A stretch of 64,000 nucleotides of DNA from a bacterium (GTDB lineage Bacteria; SAR324; JACQKK01). The stretch spans positions 224,001 through 288,000 of the forward strand of contig OZ251219.1 in the NCBI GenBank assembly GCA_965240465.1. The letters run 5' to 3'. A model generated the notes under the pieces. That model was not told the origin of the DNA, did not search any database, and saw nothing but the letters and a program-made list of their open reading frames with translations. Made by a program: the position numbers and the translations under genes. Below are positions 20,010-31,428 of the stretch, one piece after another (within the stretch, counting starts at the first letter, position 1; every line of letters begins with the position of its first letter).

Positions 20010-22265
20010 TTGAGTGCCATGAAAACACCCTTACCAACGGTGGTCCATCCTGACGAATTACCCCTGCATAATAAAGGTGCCCACACGATTTACTCGCCTG
20101 ACCAGCAAGATAAAAATGACCCCTACCAGCGTTTTAAGGTACTCAGAAAATACTCTAAAAATTTAAGATCATTAAAATATTCAATTTATAAATGCCACAA
20201 CAAAGTTGGTTTTCGCCCCAAACGAATGCTGGCTCGTGCCTTAGCTGATGCCCGTAGTGGTCATCGGGGGCAGTGGAGAATTTCAGAGGAACCTTATATT
20301 TTACATCCTATGCGAGTAGCCCTGATGACCGCCCAGGCAGGACTGGGGGTGGAGGCTACCGTGGTGGCCTTACTGCATGATTTGATTGAAGACACCTCAT
20401 TTACCAAAACACAAATGAAGCAAACCTACGGTTCTTCAATTGCTGACATGGTAGAAGGTCTCACCAAGGTACGTCAGGTGAAAGAGGGCCCCCAGGGGAC
20501 GAGTGCGTTGCCCGTGTTTGCGACTTATCGCCGCCTTATTTCGCAGTCAGTACGGGATATTCGTACTTTGCAGGTAAAATTGTTTGATCGTCTAGACAAC
20601 ATGCGAGATCTGGAGCCTTTGTCCAGAGGCAAACAAAGGATCATCAGCCGCGAGACATGGGGAGTTTACGTACCAATGGCTGAGAGGATAGGCATGCAAA
20701 ACATATCAACAGAATTATCTTCATTGGCATTTCGTTATCTTTACCCCTTGCGTTACTCCAAGGTGGAAGCCCTATTGAAAGAAAAAAAGAAGGAAGAATC
20801 TGTTAAGGTGCGAGGACTTTGTCGCTTATTGGAAAAAGAATTAATACCTGTAACTAAAACACCAGTAGTTGAACCCATTTATCATATAGCTTCAGAATTC
20901 ATAATTAGTGATGATGTTCCCAGTTGCAGTTTTAAGGGGATAGAAATTACTGCTCAAAACGCAAAGACCTGTTACATAATACTGGGGCATCTCCACATGA
21001 TTTTTCGTGTTTCCCCCCTTAGCATTCGTGATTACATAAGTAATCCCTTGCCGAACCATTATCAGGCTTTGCACACAGAAATGTTTATAGGGGGAGAAAA
21101 AGTTTTTTTCCGCTTGGTGTCTTCTCAAATGAAACACACTAATCAGCTTGGCATTATAGCGGGTTGGAAAGGAAGTCAGGAAGAATTGGAACACTACTAC
21201 TCCAGCTATCTGGGGATGTTAGATAACTATCATGAAGATAACCTGCGAATGGAAGATGTGTTACGTCAGTCCAAAATGGATACCTTGCAAGTATTTACTC
21301 CCAAAGGAGATCTGCATACCCTTCCCGCTGGTGCCAGTGTGCTGGATTTTGCCTTTGCTATTCACACAGACCTGGGACTGCATTGTTGCGGAGCCAAAAT
21401 ATACAATAAACGCACCACCCCCTTTCAAATTCTGAATGATGGAGATGTAGTGAAAATTCTCTCTCGTGCTGATACCTTCCCAAGTTCTTCATGGCTACAA
21501 TATGTGCGTTCCAACCGTGCAAAATTGAGCATTCGTCGCTGGATCAATTATCGCACAGACAGAAACATCCGCATTATAGGACGGCAACGCATGCAAAATA
21601 TACTCAAAGATGTCCTCCCTTCAGCTCCTACCTCAAAAATACGCCGTGTGTTCTTGAAGGCTCTGCAAAAAGAAAACCTCAGACTTAAGTCTTTCTATTT
21701 TCAAGTGGGAGAAGGAAAAATAGATGCCCGCCTATTCTTCCTTAAGCATCAAATTTTTTCTAAGTCCCAGCTAAATATGCTCCAAACACAAAAAACTCCT
21801 CGTTGGATTTCCTGGTTCCAAAAAAGAGCCATCCAACCTCAACTTAAATTAAAACATAACTCAGAATCTCTTAGCATTATCAACCTTGCTCCATGCTGCC
21901 TACCACTCCCCGGAGATGAAGTCATTGCAGTCCAGAAAAAACACCAACTAACCATCCATCGTACCAATTGTGAACAGATATCTCTCATACTACCGCAGCA
22001 TCGTATCAACATTTCTTGGCAAGAATTTGAAAACAACCATCCTCCAGCCCTGCATATCCGTGTTTGGGAAAGCGGGCCCGGGCAGATATTATCCATCGCT
22101 CGTAGCCTCCGCGGATTCAACATCAGCAATATACAAACAGATACGCGTGTCACCGATAAAATTACCATACAGATGGGAGACATGAGCTTAAAAAATTTCC
22201 GTAGCATCGTTCAACGCTTGCGTGCATTGAAACCAGTCAAGGAAGTAAATATATCAAAACCTTGA
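20010..22265 (+). CDS. Long RelA/SpoT homologue (HD hydrolase, degenerate synthetase, TGS, ZFD, ACT-like)
   Basis: EPYILHP, LLHDLIEDT, KLFDRLDNMR. TGS VFTPKG...LDFAFAIHT. APCCLPLPGD...IHRTNC. Confidence 0.9.
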   Translation: MSAMKTPLPTVVHPDELPLHNKGAHTIYSPDQQDKNDPYQRFKVLRKYSKNLRSLKYSIYKCHNKVGFRPKRMLARALADARSGHRGQWRISEEPYILHPMRVALMTAQAGLGVEATVVALLHDLIEDTSFTKTQMKQTYGSSIADMVEGLTKVRQVKEGPQGTSALPVFATYRRLISQSVRDIRTLQVKLFDRLDNMRDLEPLSRGKQRIISRETWGVYVPMAERIGMQNISTELSSLAFRYLYPLRYSKVEALLKEKKKEESVKVRGLCRLLEKELIPVTKTPVVEPIYHIASEFIISDDVPSCSFKGIEITAQNAKTCYIILGHLHMIFRVSPLSIRDYISNPLPNHYQALHTEMFIGGEKVFFRLVSSQMKHTNQLGIIAGWKGSQEELEHYYSSYLGMLDNYHEDNLRMEDVLRQSKMDTLQVFTPKGDLHTLPAGASVLDFAFAIHTDLGLHCCGAKIYNKRTTPFQILNDGDVVKILSRADTFPSSSWLQYVRSNRAKLSIRRWINYRTDRNIRIIGRQRMQNILKDVLPSAPTSKIRRVFLKALQKENLRLKSFYFQVGEGKIDARLFFLKHQIFSKSQLNMLQTQKTPRWISWFQKRAIQPQLKLKHNSESLSIINLAPCCLPLPGDEVIAVQKKHQLTIHRTNCEQISLILPQHRINISWQEFENNHPPALHIRVWESGPGQILSIARSLRGFNISNIQTDTRVTDKITIQMGDMSLKNFRSIVQRLRALKPVKEVNISKP

Positions 22266-22339
22266 AACAATCCTTATCCTCTAAAAATATCCAAATTACA
22301 TCCCTTAGTTACAATTCTTAGTTATTTGTCATGAGCTAG

Positions 22340-25300
22340 TTATTCAGATATAGCCAAGGCCTGCTTAACCTGAAAGTCTTGAGACAACGGATGATAACTC
22401 AGCTTAGATTGATTCCTAATACTCCATAAGGATTCCACCAGAGTGCGAGATGCTTCAATAGTGGTATAGTACGGTATCTGATAATTTAATAACATTCTGC
22501 GAAAATGATATGGTTCTAAGTATTGTTTCTTGGAGCTGGTAGTATTGATCACTAAGGAAATTTCTTGGCGTGCCATGGCCTCAAAGAGGATTTGCGAGCC
22601 TTTTCCGTGCATACTTACTGTGCGTATGTTTTTAAGTCCAGCACTGATAAGGACCTGATGAGTACCCTTGGTAGCCAGTATTTTATATCCCAGCTGTTGC
22701 AATGTTTTTGCCAAGGGTGCCATATGAATTTTATCTTCATTACGTACGCCTATAAAGACACTGCCTTCCAGACGCATTAAGGGGAAAGCTGCCAGTTGTG
22801 ATTTAATAAATGCTTCAGCAAAATTATTTCCATGCCCCATAACTTCTCCTGTAGAGAGCATTTCTGGTCCCAGTTTCAGTTCTACCCCTGGCAATTTGGA
22901 AAAGGGAAATACCGTTTCCTTCACTGCAAAATAGTTACCCGGTTGAGGCAAACAAAAATTTTCTGCTAGCTTAGCCCCAATCATAAGATGAGTAGCCAGC
23001 TGAGCAACAGGCATTCCCACCGACTTGCTAACAAAAGGGACGGTACGCGAAGCACGTGGATTAACCTCTAGTAGCAATACCTGATTGTCTTTCACTGTAA
23101 ACTGAATGTTCATCAAGCCCACCACTCTCAATTCCAAGGCCAGCATCTCAGATTGAGAACGCATAGCTTCTTGCACCTCTAGAGATAAACTATGAGGTGG
23201 CAAAACACAGGCACTATCTCCAGAATGAACTCCCGCATTTTCAATATGCTCCATCATTCCTACCACCATAGCGCGCTGACCATCACAGATAACATCTACA
23301 TCCACCTCTTCAGCATTTTCTATAAAGCTATCCAGTAGTACTGGATGTCGCGGAGAAACCTTAGCTACCTGGTGAAAGAATTGCTTTAGTTCCTCTTCAT
23401 CACGTATCACCTGCATAGCCCGTCCCCCCAGTACATAGGAAGGACGCATAATCAAAGGATAACCAACCTCTCTGGCACAAATAATAGCATCGGACAAGGA
23501 AGAAGTCGTTTTACAACGAGGCTGACACAGATTAAGTTTCTCAACCAACTCAGAAAATCTTTGGCGATTTTCAGTACGGTCAATGCTGTCATAGCTGGTA
23601 CCCAGTATCGGTACTCCCGCTTCCTCTAGAGCTTGTGCGAGTTTCAATGGAGTTTGCCCTCCTAGCTGTACAATAACTCCATCGGGGGCTTCCAGCTTGA
23701 TAACCTCTAAGACATCTTCCAGAGTGATTGGCTCAAAGTAGAGCCGATGTGAAACATCGTAATCAGTGCTGACAGTCTCAGGATTGCAGTTCACCATTAT
23801 GGACTTCCAACCTGCTTCTTTCAGAGCCAGTGCAGCATGGACACAGCAATAGTCAAACTCTATTCCTTGACCGATCCGATTAGGTCCGCCGCCTAAGATA
23901 ATCGCTTTAGGACCTGTGAGAGGAGTGGCCTCATTTTCTTCTTCGTAACAGGAATAAAAATACGGGGTAGAGGCCTGGAATTCAGCTGCACAGGTATCTA
24001 CTTTTTTGAAAACTGGTCTCACTTTCAGTTGATGACGGTGTTTGCGTACTTGTTCTTCTGTTTGGTTGAGTAATTTTGCTATTCTGGAGTCAGAAAAGCC
24101 CCAACATTTCCAGGTTCGCATTTCTTGGAATTGAACACTTGAAATATCTCGGGTAGCAATTTGTTTTTCTGCCTCTACTAGTTGACGTATTTGAGTAATA
24201 AACCAAGGGTCTATGTCACTAATACGATTCACTTCAACCTCAGAAAACCCCCTGCGAAGTGCTTCTGCCACGATCAACAATCTTCTGGGAGTGGGATAGG
24301 CTAGTTCCTGACGTAAGATTTGTGCTGCTTCATTTTCATCCTTGGGTAGCAAAGGTGATATGAGTCCATCTTGTTCTAGTTCCAAGGAGCGCAGTGCTTT
24401 TTGCAAGCTTTCTTTAAAAATTCGTCCGATTGCCATCACCTCTCCCACCGATTTCATTTGCATTCCCAGTTGTAGTCCGGCACCGGGAAATTTTTCCAAA
24501 GAGAAACGCGGAATTTTTGTTACTACATAATCGATAGCTGGTTCAAAACAAGCGAGGGTTTTTTTAGTGATATCATTACATAGTTCATCCAAGGTAAAGC
24601 CTATCGCTAATTTTGTGGCTATCTTGGCAATGGGGAATCCAGTAGCCTTAGAAGCCAAAGCACTGGAACGAGATACGCGTGGGTTCATTTCAATAACCCG
24701 TATCTCTCCATTATGAGGATTAATGGCAAATTGAATGTTAGATCCACCGGTATCCACCCCTATTTCACGGATAATAGCCAGTGATAAATCACGCAGTTTT
24801 TGATATTCCTTATCACTCAAAGTTTGTGCAGGAGCTACAGTAATGCTATCCCCGGTATGGATACCCATGGGATCTAGGTTTTCAATAGCACAAACAATCA
24901 CCACATTGTCTTTGCTGTCCCGCATTACTTCCATTTCAAATTCTTTCCATCCCAAGACAGATTCTTCCACCAGCACCTGTTTTAGCGGAGAAGCTATCAG
25001 AGCAAGATTTAGCAGCTGAGCTAGATCTTCCTCATTATGAGATATGCCTCCACCCGTTCCCCCCAACGTGAAAGAGGGCCTGACAATGGTAGGCAAACCA
25101 ATCTTGCGTGCAACCAACAAGCCCTCTTCCACCGATGACACCACCGCACTACGAGGAACAACAGCACCTATGCGTTTCATGGCAGCACTAAATATCTGAC
25201 GATCTTCAGCTTTGTTGATAGAATCTATCCCTGCACCTATCAATTTTATCTTGTGTTTCTGTAGAATTCCCTCCTTATGCAACTGTAAGGTTAGGTTCAA

Positions 25301-25585
25301 GGCTACCTGTCCTCCCACAGTCGGCAACAAGGAATCGGGATGCTCTTGCTCAATTATATTTTTCAAGGTAGCTGTTGTAAGCGGTTCCATATAGGTTCGG
25401 GCCGCCATTTTTGGATCTGTCATTATAGTAGCTGGATTACTATTCACCAACACCACCCGCAAACCTTCTTCATTCAAAGCACGACAAGCCTGAGTACCAC
25501 TGTAATCAAACTCTGAAGCCTGACCAATGACAATTGGCCCAGAACCAATTACCAGCACTGTATTGATGTCTTTGCACTTAGGCAT
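22340..25585 (-). CDS. carB: Carbamoyl-phosphate synthase large subunit
   Basis: [49 protein letters not shown] and EVNPRASRT. Confidence 0.98.
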   Translation of the reverse strand: MPKCKDINTVLVIGSGPIVIGQASEFDYSGTQACRALNEEGLRVVLVNSNPATIMTDPKMAARTYMEPLTTATLKNIIEQEHPDSLLPTVGGQVALNLTLQLHKEGILQKHKIKLIGAGIDSINKAEDRQIFSAAMKRIGAVVPRSAVVSSVEEGLLVARKIGLPTIVRPSFTLGGTGGGISHNEEDLAQLLNLALIASPLKQVLVEESVLGWKEFEMEVMRDSKDNVVIVCAIENLDPMGIHTGDSITVAPAQTLSDKEYQKLRDLSLAIIREIGVDTGGSNIQFAINPHNGEIRVIEMNPRVSRSSALASKATGFPIAKIATKLAIGFTLDELCNDITKKTLACFEPAIDYVVTKIPRFSLEKFPGAGLQLGMQMKSVGEVMAIGRIFKESLQKALRSLELEQDGLISPLLPKDENEAAQILRQELAYPTPRRLLIVAEALRRGFSEVEVNRISDIDPWFITQIRQLVEAEKQIATRDISSVQFQEMRTWKCWGFSDSRIAKLLNQTEEQVRKHRHQLKVRPVFKKVDTCAAEFQASTPYFYSCYEEENEATPLTGPKAIILGGGPNRIGQGIEFDYCCVHAALALKEAGWKSIMVNCNPETVSTDYDVSHRLYFEPITLEDVLEVIKLEAPDGVIVQLGGQTPLKLAQALEEAGVPILGTSYDSIDRTENRQRFSELVEKLNLCQPRCKTTSSLSDAIICAREVGYPLIMRPSYVLGGRAMQVIRDEEELKQFFHQVAKVSPRHPVLLDSFIENAEEVDVDVICDGQRAMVVGMMEHIENAGVHSGDSACVLPPHSLSLEVQEAMRSQSEMLALELRVVGLMNIQFTVKDNQVLLLEVNPRASRTVPFVSKSVGMPVAQLATHLMIGAKLAENFCLPQPGNYFAVKETVFPFSKLPGVELKLGPEMLSTGEVMGHGNNFAEAFIKSQLAAFPLMRLEGSVFIGVRNEDKIHMAPLAKTLQQLGYKILATKGTHQVLISAGLKNIRTVSMHGKGSQILFEAMARQEISLVINTTSSKKQYLEPYHFRRMLLNYQIPYYTTIEASRTLVESLWSIRNQSKLSYHPLSQDFQVKQALAISE

Positions 25586-25598
25586 AGCAATTGGGCTA

Positions 25599-26093
25599 TC
25601 AGGATATGCTTAAAAGAGGTCCAAAAAATTCGGCTAGTGCATGTCGGTACACATCGCGCTTAAAAGGAACTACCTCAGCAATGGCTTGTTGAGGTACTGA
25701 CCAACGCCAGCTATCAAATTCGGGTTTAGGATGCTGAACTAAAGAAATATCTTTTTCATTATTTGGCAATCGCACTAGAAACCAAGTTTGTTCTTGACCA
25801 TCGTAGCTGTATTTTTCAATTCCTGTTTGCCTAAGACGCTGCTTGACCTCAGGTGGATACACATAGCGAAGCTTATACGGCAACTGCTGCAAAATCTCTA
25901 TTTTATTTGCCCCTATTTCTTCTTGCAGTTCTCGTCTTATCCCTTGCTCAGGCACTTCGCCTTCCAAGAGACCTCCTTGAGGAAATTGCCAACGCTGCTC
26001 GATTAATTCATCCACCCGGCGAAATAACAATACCCGACGACATTCAGTATCGGTCACTACAGCACACACATTAGGACGAAACACTAGCATCAA
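25599..26093 (-). CDS. rppH: RNA pyrophosphohydrolase (Nudix)
   Basis: [36 protein letters not shown] and VPFKRDVY. Confidence 0.9.
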   Translation of the reverse strand: MMLVFRPNVCAVVTDTECRRVLLFRRVDELIEQRWQFPQGGLLEGEVPEQGIRRELQEEIGANKIEILQQLPYKLRYVYPPEVKQRLRQTGIEKYSYDGQEQTWFLVRLPNNEKDISLVQHPKPEFDSWRWSVPQQAIAEVVPFKRDVYRHALAEFFGPLLSIS

Positions 26094-26161
26094 TATCTCT
26101 CTAGATCGCTAGATTTTTAAATCTCTCACAGCAAGATTTACCAGTTTGTTGAATACATTTT

Positions 26162-26941
26162 CTAAACTCTCGCCCGTATTTTAGTCTGCCAGTTAGTCAA
26201 CATATCTGGCTTTAGTAGCGATAGGTACAACAATGTTTGAACCGCAGCCCCAAATGGATTAGCCAAAGAAGAAAAAATAACCACTAATAATGGAGATAAA
26301 GGTCCTGGAAAAAACGAATTCTGTATTAGTAGCAAAAGAAAAGGCTGCACTTTAACTATAAGAAATACTACCAAGAACAATCCTAAACTGGTGAAAAAAT
26401 CCGAACGAATCAAACCTACCGAACGTGCCATAGCCGCATGTGGTAAAGGATTATCCCATAATGCTGTACACACCACCAGCTGCAATAGAGTCCCCAACAG
26501 TATTCCGGGAATAATCAATAATATAAATCCCAACACACTGATAAAACTAGCAGCCGCGTACGTCAGCAATACCCCTACCCAAGGAACTCCCACTGCCAGT
26601 TTCAATAAACATTTTATCCCCAACGATCGCTTGTTTTTGCCGTCATCACTGGTATTCTCAAGCACCGCATACCCCGCTGCCAAAGTCAGCATCATCAAAG
26701 ATGCTCCATCGCTTAACACCGTCACCAATAAGTAAAAACCCAGTGTCACCCCTGATATTTTATCGCCTTGTAAATCCAAACCCAATAACATCAACAATAC
26801 CACCAGCTGTGGCAACAGGGCCAAGCTAAACCACAACGATAAATTCCGAACATATAATTTGCCTGCTAATTTCAATAGCTGAAATGCAGACATCCTTTTC
26901 AAGCTCAACAATTCCATGTTTTTCTCATTTGCAGCTATCAA
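26162..26941 (-). CDS. Hypothetical integral membrane protein
   Basis: About 6 hydrophobic segments, LGFILLIIPGI motif. Overlaps the dut stop (coupled). Confidence 0.7.
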   Translation of the reverse strand: MIAANEKNMELLSLKRMSAFQLLKLAGKLYVRNLSLWFSLALLPQLVVLLMLLGLDLQGDKISGVTLGFYLLVTVLSDGASLMMLTLAAGYAVLENTSDDGKNKRSLGIKCLLKLAVGVPWVGVLLTYAAASFISVLGFILLIIPGILLGTLLQLVVCTALWDNPLPHAAMARSVGLIRSDFFTSLGLFLVVFLIVKVQPFLLLLIQNSFFPGPLSPLLVVIFSSLANPFGAAVQTLLYLSLLKPDMLTNWQTKIRARV

Positions 26942-27411
26942 GTTCCACTGCTACCAAAACCACCCTCGCCCCGAGTAGTCTCTGTTGAACTATCCTTACT
27001 AACTACTTGTACACGCTCCAAACGACGCACCAATAGCTGGGCGATCCTTTTGCCTAGCAATTTATCAGCTGCTACTTTCGCACTGCTAGCCGTCCCTAAA
27101 TATCGCAGCACTGCCAAGATAGGACCCCGATAACCTGCATCAATCACCCCTACTCCATTGGCCAACATAAAATCCTCCTTGCACAAACTTGAGCGTGCTA
27201 CTACCTCGCAATAATACCCTGCCGGAGGCTCCACCGACAACCCGCAATCAAATGCAAACAAAGATTCCCCCCATTGCTCAACCAACATACCAGTTAAATC
27301 CCATCCCGCATCCCCTGCATAAGCACGCTTTAACCTAGGCACATCATCTAGGCGGTAAGACACCCTTAACTGCATATTGTTTGTTGCTTTATCTGCTTGC
27401 TGATGTTCCAT
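26938..27411 (-). CDS. dut: dUTP diphosphatase
   Basis: AGWDL, ARSS, GVIDAGYRG, RIAQL and RGEGGFGSSG. Confidence 0.93.
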   Translation of the reverse strand: MEHQQADKATNNMQLRVSYRLDDVPRLKRAYAGDAGWDLTGMLVEQWGESLFAFDCGLSVEPPAGYYCEVVARSSLCKEDFMLANGVGVIDAGYRGPILAVLRYLGTASSAKVAADKLLGKRIAQLLVRRLERVQVVSKDSSTETTRGEGGFGSSGT

Positions 27412-27426
27412 TCTATTATTTCGAAT

Positions 27427-28236
27427 TTAGTCCTTCCGCCTTTTTTCAGCATCATCAAAACTTTCCTTCTTACTACGTCGTATATGCATCTGTTCTACAA
27501 ATGAAGCCCCCAGCAGACCCGATGAAAATGCCAGTACCAACACCCCAAATACCTGTAAGATACCTCCCAGAAAACGACCCAAGGGAGTGACGGGAACTAT
27601 ATCTCCATAACCAACCGTAGTCAAGGTGGTTACAGCCCACCAAAAAGAGGCTGTTAGGCTGTTAAAAACTTCTGGCTGAGCATCACCTTCCACGTAGTAC
27701 ATTAAGCTAGCAGAAAAAGAGAGGGCAAATAACCATAACACTACCAACATCCACAAATATTTTCCCAAGTACGTCATTGTTTCCTTTATCAAATCAAGAA
27801 CCAAGCTATGGCGTGCTAATTTAAAAACTCGCATTAGGCGTATAATCCGAATGAGCCGTAAATCTATCCCGAGCGAAAATAAAAAAGGTAGCAATACCAA
27901 TAGATCTAGTATCATCACTGGTTGCAAAATAAATTTGATTCTTACTTTGAGTCTACTGCGTTTTTTATTCTCATATGCCGTGCAAGACCAAACCCGTAAT
28001 AGATACTCTATCAGAAACACTGCCAATGAAAATTGCTCCAAACCTTGAAGCCAGAATTCATTAGTTATTTTTATCAGCCAATCTTCCAGCAGCAACGCCG
28101 TAAAATTGACGATTATTAAAAACACCAGAAAGCCACGCACCCCAACCGCCAATCTGCTGGAAGAAATCCTCTCTTCCAGTAGCTTAAACACATATCTGTG
28201 TAGCTGAGATAAACTTAGGGGGCGGCTATTGGTCAA
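27427..28236 (-). CDS. Voltage-gated-type potassium channel (6 TM)
   Basis: S4-like RLIRIIRLMRVFKLARH and pore WWAVTTLTTVGYGD. Confidence 0.93.
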   Translation of the reverse strand: MTNSRPLSLSQLHRYVFKLLEERISSSRLAVGVRGFLVFLIIVNFTALLLEDWLIKITNEFWLQGLEQFSLAVFLIEYLLRVWSCTAYENKKRSRLKVRIKFILQPVMILDLLVLLPFLFSLGIDLRLIRIIRLMRVFKLARHSLVLDLIKETMTYLGKYLWMLVVLWLFALSFSASLMYYVEGDAQPEVFNSLTASFWWAVTTLTTVGYGDIVPVTPLGRFLGGILQVFGVLVLAFSSGLLGASFVEQMHIRRSKKESFDDAEKRRKD

Positions 28237-28258
28237 CAGGATTGGCTTCTAAAGTGAA

Positions 28259-29743
28259 CTAATTTTTTTGCCAGCGTAAGATCGGATTGCGTGCTGCGTT
28301 AACCTCATCAAGGCGGCGGCGAGGAGTACAATGAGGCGCACTTTTTACCAACTCTGGATTTTCTTTTGCTTCAGACAGAATGGCATGAAAAGCTTCCACA
28401 AAGCGATCCAGTTCTGCCTTGGGTTCGGATTCTGTCGGTTCTATCATCAAGGCTCCGCTAACGGTAAGAGGAAAATATATGGTGGGAGGATGAAAACCAT
28501 AATCCAATAATCTCTTAGCGACATCCAAGGTGCTTACACCCAACTCTGCTAAGGTTTTATCGGTGAACACCACTTCATGCATGGTAGGCAAGTTGGTGCT
28601 ACATTGAAGTACATTTTGTAATTTGTACTTGAGATAATTGGCATTGAGTACTGCCACTCTACTCATGAGGCTCAAGCCATCTCCTCCCATAGCTTTGATG
28701 TAAGAAAGTGCCCGCAACAGTATGCCCGTGTTACCATAAAAAGCAACCAGCTTACCAACGCTATGGGGTTTATCCCAGTTGAGAACATAACGATCATTTT
28801 GAGCTTCAATCCTAGGGACAGGGAGAAAAGGTTCTAATTCTTTGGTGCATAAGCAAGGACCCGCTCCCGGACCTCCACCACCGTGAGGGGTAGAAAAAGT
28901 CTTGTGAAGATTGATGTGCATCACATCCATGCCATAATCCCCAGGGCGCGATACCCCAACCTGGGCGTTCATATTGGCACCATCACAATAAATATAACCA
29001 CCCTTGTCATGGACAATATCAACAATTGTTTTAATCTGGGGCTCAAAAATACCCAGGGTGTTAGGGTTGGTTAACATCAATCCTGCCACCCGCTCATCCA
29101 TTTGAGAGTGTAGGTGCTCAATATCCATAGTACCTTGCTCAGTACTCTTTAACTCTTTAACCTCAAAGCCTGCGATAACAGCACTGGCAGGATTGGTGCC
29201 ATGTGAACTATCGGGTATCAACATAATTGGTCTTTGCTCACCTTTTTGTTTAAGTCGGGTTCGGATCAGAAAAACACCTGTTAATTCTCCTTGGGCACCC
29301 GCAGCTGGTTGCAGAGAAACTGCATCAAAACCACTTATTTCCAATAATGCCTCTTGCAAATGCCACATAACCTCCATAGTTCCTTGTGCCAATTTATCAG
29401 GTGCTAGAGGATGGACATTCTGATAAGCCGGAATACGGGAAACTACCTCGTTGATGCGAGGATTGTACTTCATAGTGCAAGACCCTAAAGGATACATAGC
29501 AGCATCAATAGATACATTCATCTTGGACAAACGAGTAAAATGACGCACAGTTTCAAATTCCGACAGCTGCGGCAACCCACTTAAACCATCCGAACGCAAA
29601 GCAACCCCTTTTAGAACTTGATTAAGATCCACCGCAGAAACATCCAGTGGATCTAATTTGACCCCACCTTCTCCTTCTTCAAGATATTCAAAACTAAGCA
29701 ACTGTTCTTGAATCATCCCCCCAAGAGTAACATGCTTACTCAT
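28259..29743 (-). CDS. gcvPB: Glycine dehydrogenase (decarboxylating) subunit 2
   Basis: YPLGSCTMKYNP, SLQPAAGAQGE and NLHKTFSTPHGGGGPG. Confidence 0.96.
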   Translation of the reverse strand: MSKHVTLGGMIQEQLLSFEYLEEGEGGVKLDPLDVSAVDLNQVLKGVALRSDGLSGLPQLSEFETVRHFTRLSKMNVSIDAAMYPLGSCTMKYNPRINEVVSRIPAYQNVHPLAPDKLAQGTMEVMWHLQEALLEISGFDAVSLQPAAGAQGELTGVFLIRTRLKQKGEQRPIMLIPDSSHGTNPASAVIAGFEVKELKSTEQGTMDIEHLHSQMDERVAGLMLTNPNTLGIFEPQIKTIVDIVHDKGGYIYCDGANMNAQVGVSRPGDYGMDVMHINLHKTFSTPHGGGGPGAGPCLCTKELEPFLPVPRIEAQNDRYVLNWDKPHSVGKLVAFYGNTGILLRALSYIKAMGGDGLSLMSRVAVLNANYLKYKLQNVLQCSTNLPTMHEVVFTDKTLAELGVSTLDVAKRLLDYGFHPPTIYFPLTVSGALMIEPTESEPKAELDRFVEAFHAILSEAKENPELVKSAPHCTPRRRLDEVNAARNPILRWQKN

Positions 29744-31095
29744 GCTGCCTCCTTTAGCGTTTTTACCAACAAATCCAACTTAAACTTATTCTTCAATTCC
29801 GTAACTGCTATCAGCAATCGTTTATCATCCTGATTCCTAAACTGACCCAAATCTAACCCCGGCAACACCCCACGAACTAGGCAACGTTCTACTACTTCGG
29901 CTGCCAAACAAGGACATTCCAAAGTGACCTCGTTAAACACCGCAGAAGAAAATGCTACCCTATATTGAGGTAAATCCCGCTCTATACAATCCAATAAATA
30001 CTGCATATAACTAACATTCTGATGTGCAACTTCTAACAAACCCTTTCTTCCCATAAGGGTCAAATATACCAACCCTGCCACCATTACCAAATTCTGATTG
30101 CTACAAATGTTGCTGGTAGCACGAGCACGACGAATATGCTGCTCCCTAGTAGCTAAGGTCAACACAAAACCACGGCGATTATCAACATCCTGTGTAACCC
30201 CAGCCAAACGACCGGGAATCTGACGCACATACTCCCGACACGAAGCCAAAAAACCCAAATGTGGTCCCCCAAACATAGGAGAAATCCCAAAACCCTGGGC
30301 TTCCCCAGCTACAATGTCCGCACCACACCGACCCGGAGGCCGCAATACACTCAAACTATGCGGCTCGTTCACCACTACCACCAACAATGCTCCCGCCTCA
30401 TGGACCACCTTAGCTAAATCCGTCAAGTCCTCTACTACTCCATAAAAATTGGGCTGCTGTACCACTAGGCAACTTACTTCATCATTCAAAGCCTTCCGCA
30501 AGGCTGATAAATCAACAATACCACTACCCATCTCCAACGGAACACTCTCCAAAACAATACCCAAACACTGCACATAAGACTCAGTAACCCGTCTATAAAA
30601 AGGATGCACACTCTCCGCTATTAAAACCCGAAAACGATCCCGACTACACCTATCAGCCATCAATACCCCCTCAGCACAAGCACTAGCACCATCGTACATG
30701 GAAGCATTGGAAACTTCCAAACCCGTTAATTCACAAATAAAAGTTTGAAACTCAAAAATAGCCTGCAAAGTTCCCTGACTAACCTCAGGCTGATACGGTG
30801 TGTATGAGGTGAAAAACTCACAACGCGAAATAATGCTATCCACCACCAAAGGAGAAAAATGCTCATAACAACCCGCCCCTATAAATGACTCATAACGATT
30901 ATAATCATTCTTGCTAGCCAACTGCCGAAACCACTCCAACTGCTCTGCCTCAGCCATTCCATCTGGCAACCTCAGGCTACGCTTAAAACAAGCCTGCTCA
31001 GGCACCGCTTTCAATAATAACTCCTCTATGCTGGATACTCCCATCTCTCTCAACATCTTCCGCTGAACCGCTTCGCCATTAGGAATAAATCGCAC
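29740..31095 (-). CDS. gcvPA: Glycine dehydrogenase (decarboxylating) subunit 1
   Basis: YTPYQPEVSQG, NASMYDGA and TREQHIRR..ATSNICSN. GTG start with AGGAGG RBS. Confidence 0.96.
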   Translation of the reverse strand: MRFIPNGEAVQRKMLREMGVSSIEELLLKAVPEQACFKRSLRLPDGMAEAEQLEWFRQLASKNDYNRYESFIGAGCYEHFSPLVVDSIISRCEFFTSYTPYQPEVSQGTLQAIFEFQTFICELTGLEVSNASMYDGASACAEGVLMADRCSRDRFRVLIAESVHPFYRRVTESYVQCLGIVLESVPLEMGSGIVDLSALRKALNDEVSCLVVQQPNFYGVVEDLTDLAKVVHEAGALLVVVVNEPHSLSVLRPPGRCGADIVAGEAQGFGISPMFGGPHLGFLASCREYVRQIPGRLAGVTQDVDNRRGFVLTLATREQHIRRARATSNICSNQNLVMVAGLVYLTLMGRKGLLEVAHQNVSYMQYLLDCIERDLPQYRVAFSSAVFNEVTLECPCLAAEVVERCLVRGVLPGLDLGQFRNQDDKRLLIAVTELKNKFKLDLLVKTLKEAA

Positions 31096-31277
31096 AAACT
31101 CCTCCTACTAAAAATTACAAAAATAACTCTTCTTCAAATACCGCTTCTAAAAACTTACCTATATCAAAATTGCTTTATTCTCATTTCAACTATATATACC
31201 TTAGTGTATTTTAATATCATAGAATATGTCTTTGTTTTACTATCAGTACCCAAAATAAAAATGATTGCCACTACCTT

Positions 31278-31353
31278 TGGTACCCCTGCCAGGACTTGAA
31301 CCCGGAACTGAGCTTTAGGAAAGCCCTGTTTTATCCAGTTGAACTACAGGGGC
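31278..31353 (-). tRNA. tRNA-Arg (anticodon CCT)
   Basis: Reverse complement folds as GCCCCTG/CAGGGGT acceptor stem, GGGCT-TTCCTAA-AGCTC anticodon arm and CCGGG-TTCAAGT-CCTGG T arm, with encoded CCA. 76 nt. Confidence 0.93.
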
Positions 31354-31428
31354 ACTTCGCTATAACTTGCCTATCTTTCACTTATCAAGTCAAATTATCC
31401 TGCGTGGTACACTATAAACATTAAAACA

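Noticed and set aside
31278-31353. tRNA-Arg as the integration site of an island
   Set aside because: No duplicate of the tRNA 3' end was seen. The duplicated sequence is the rnhA 3' end.
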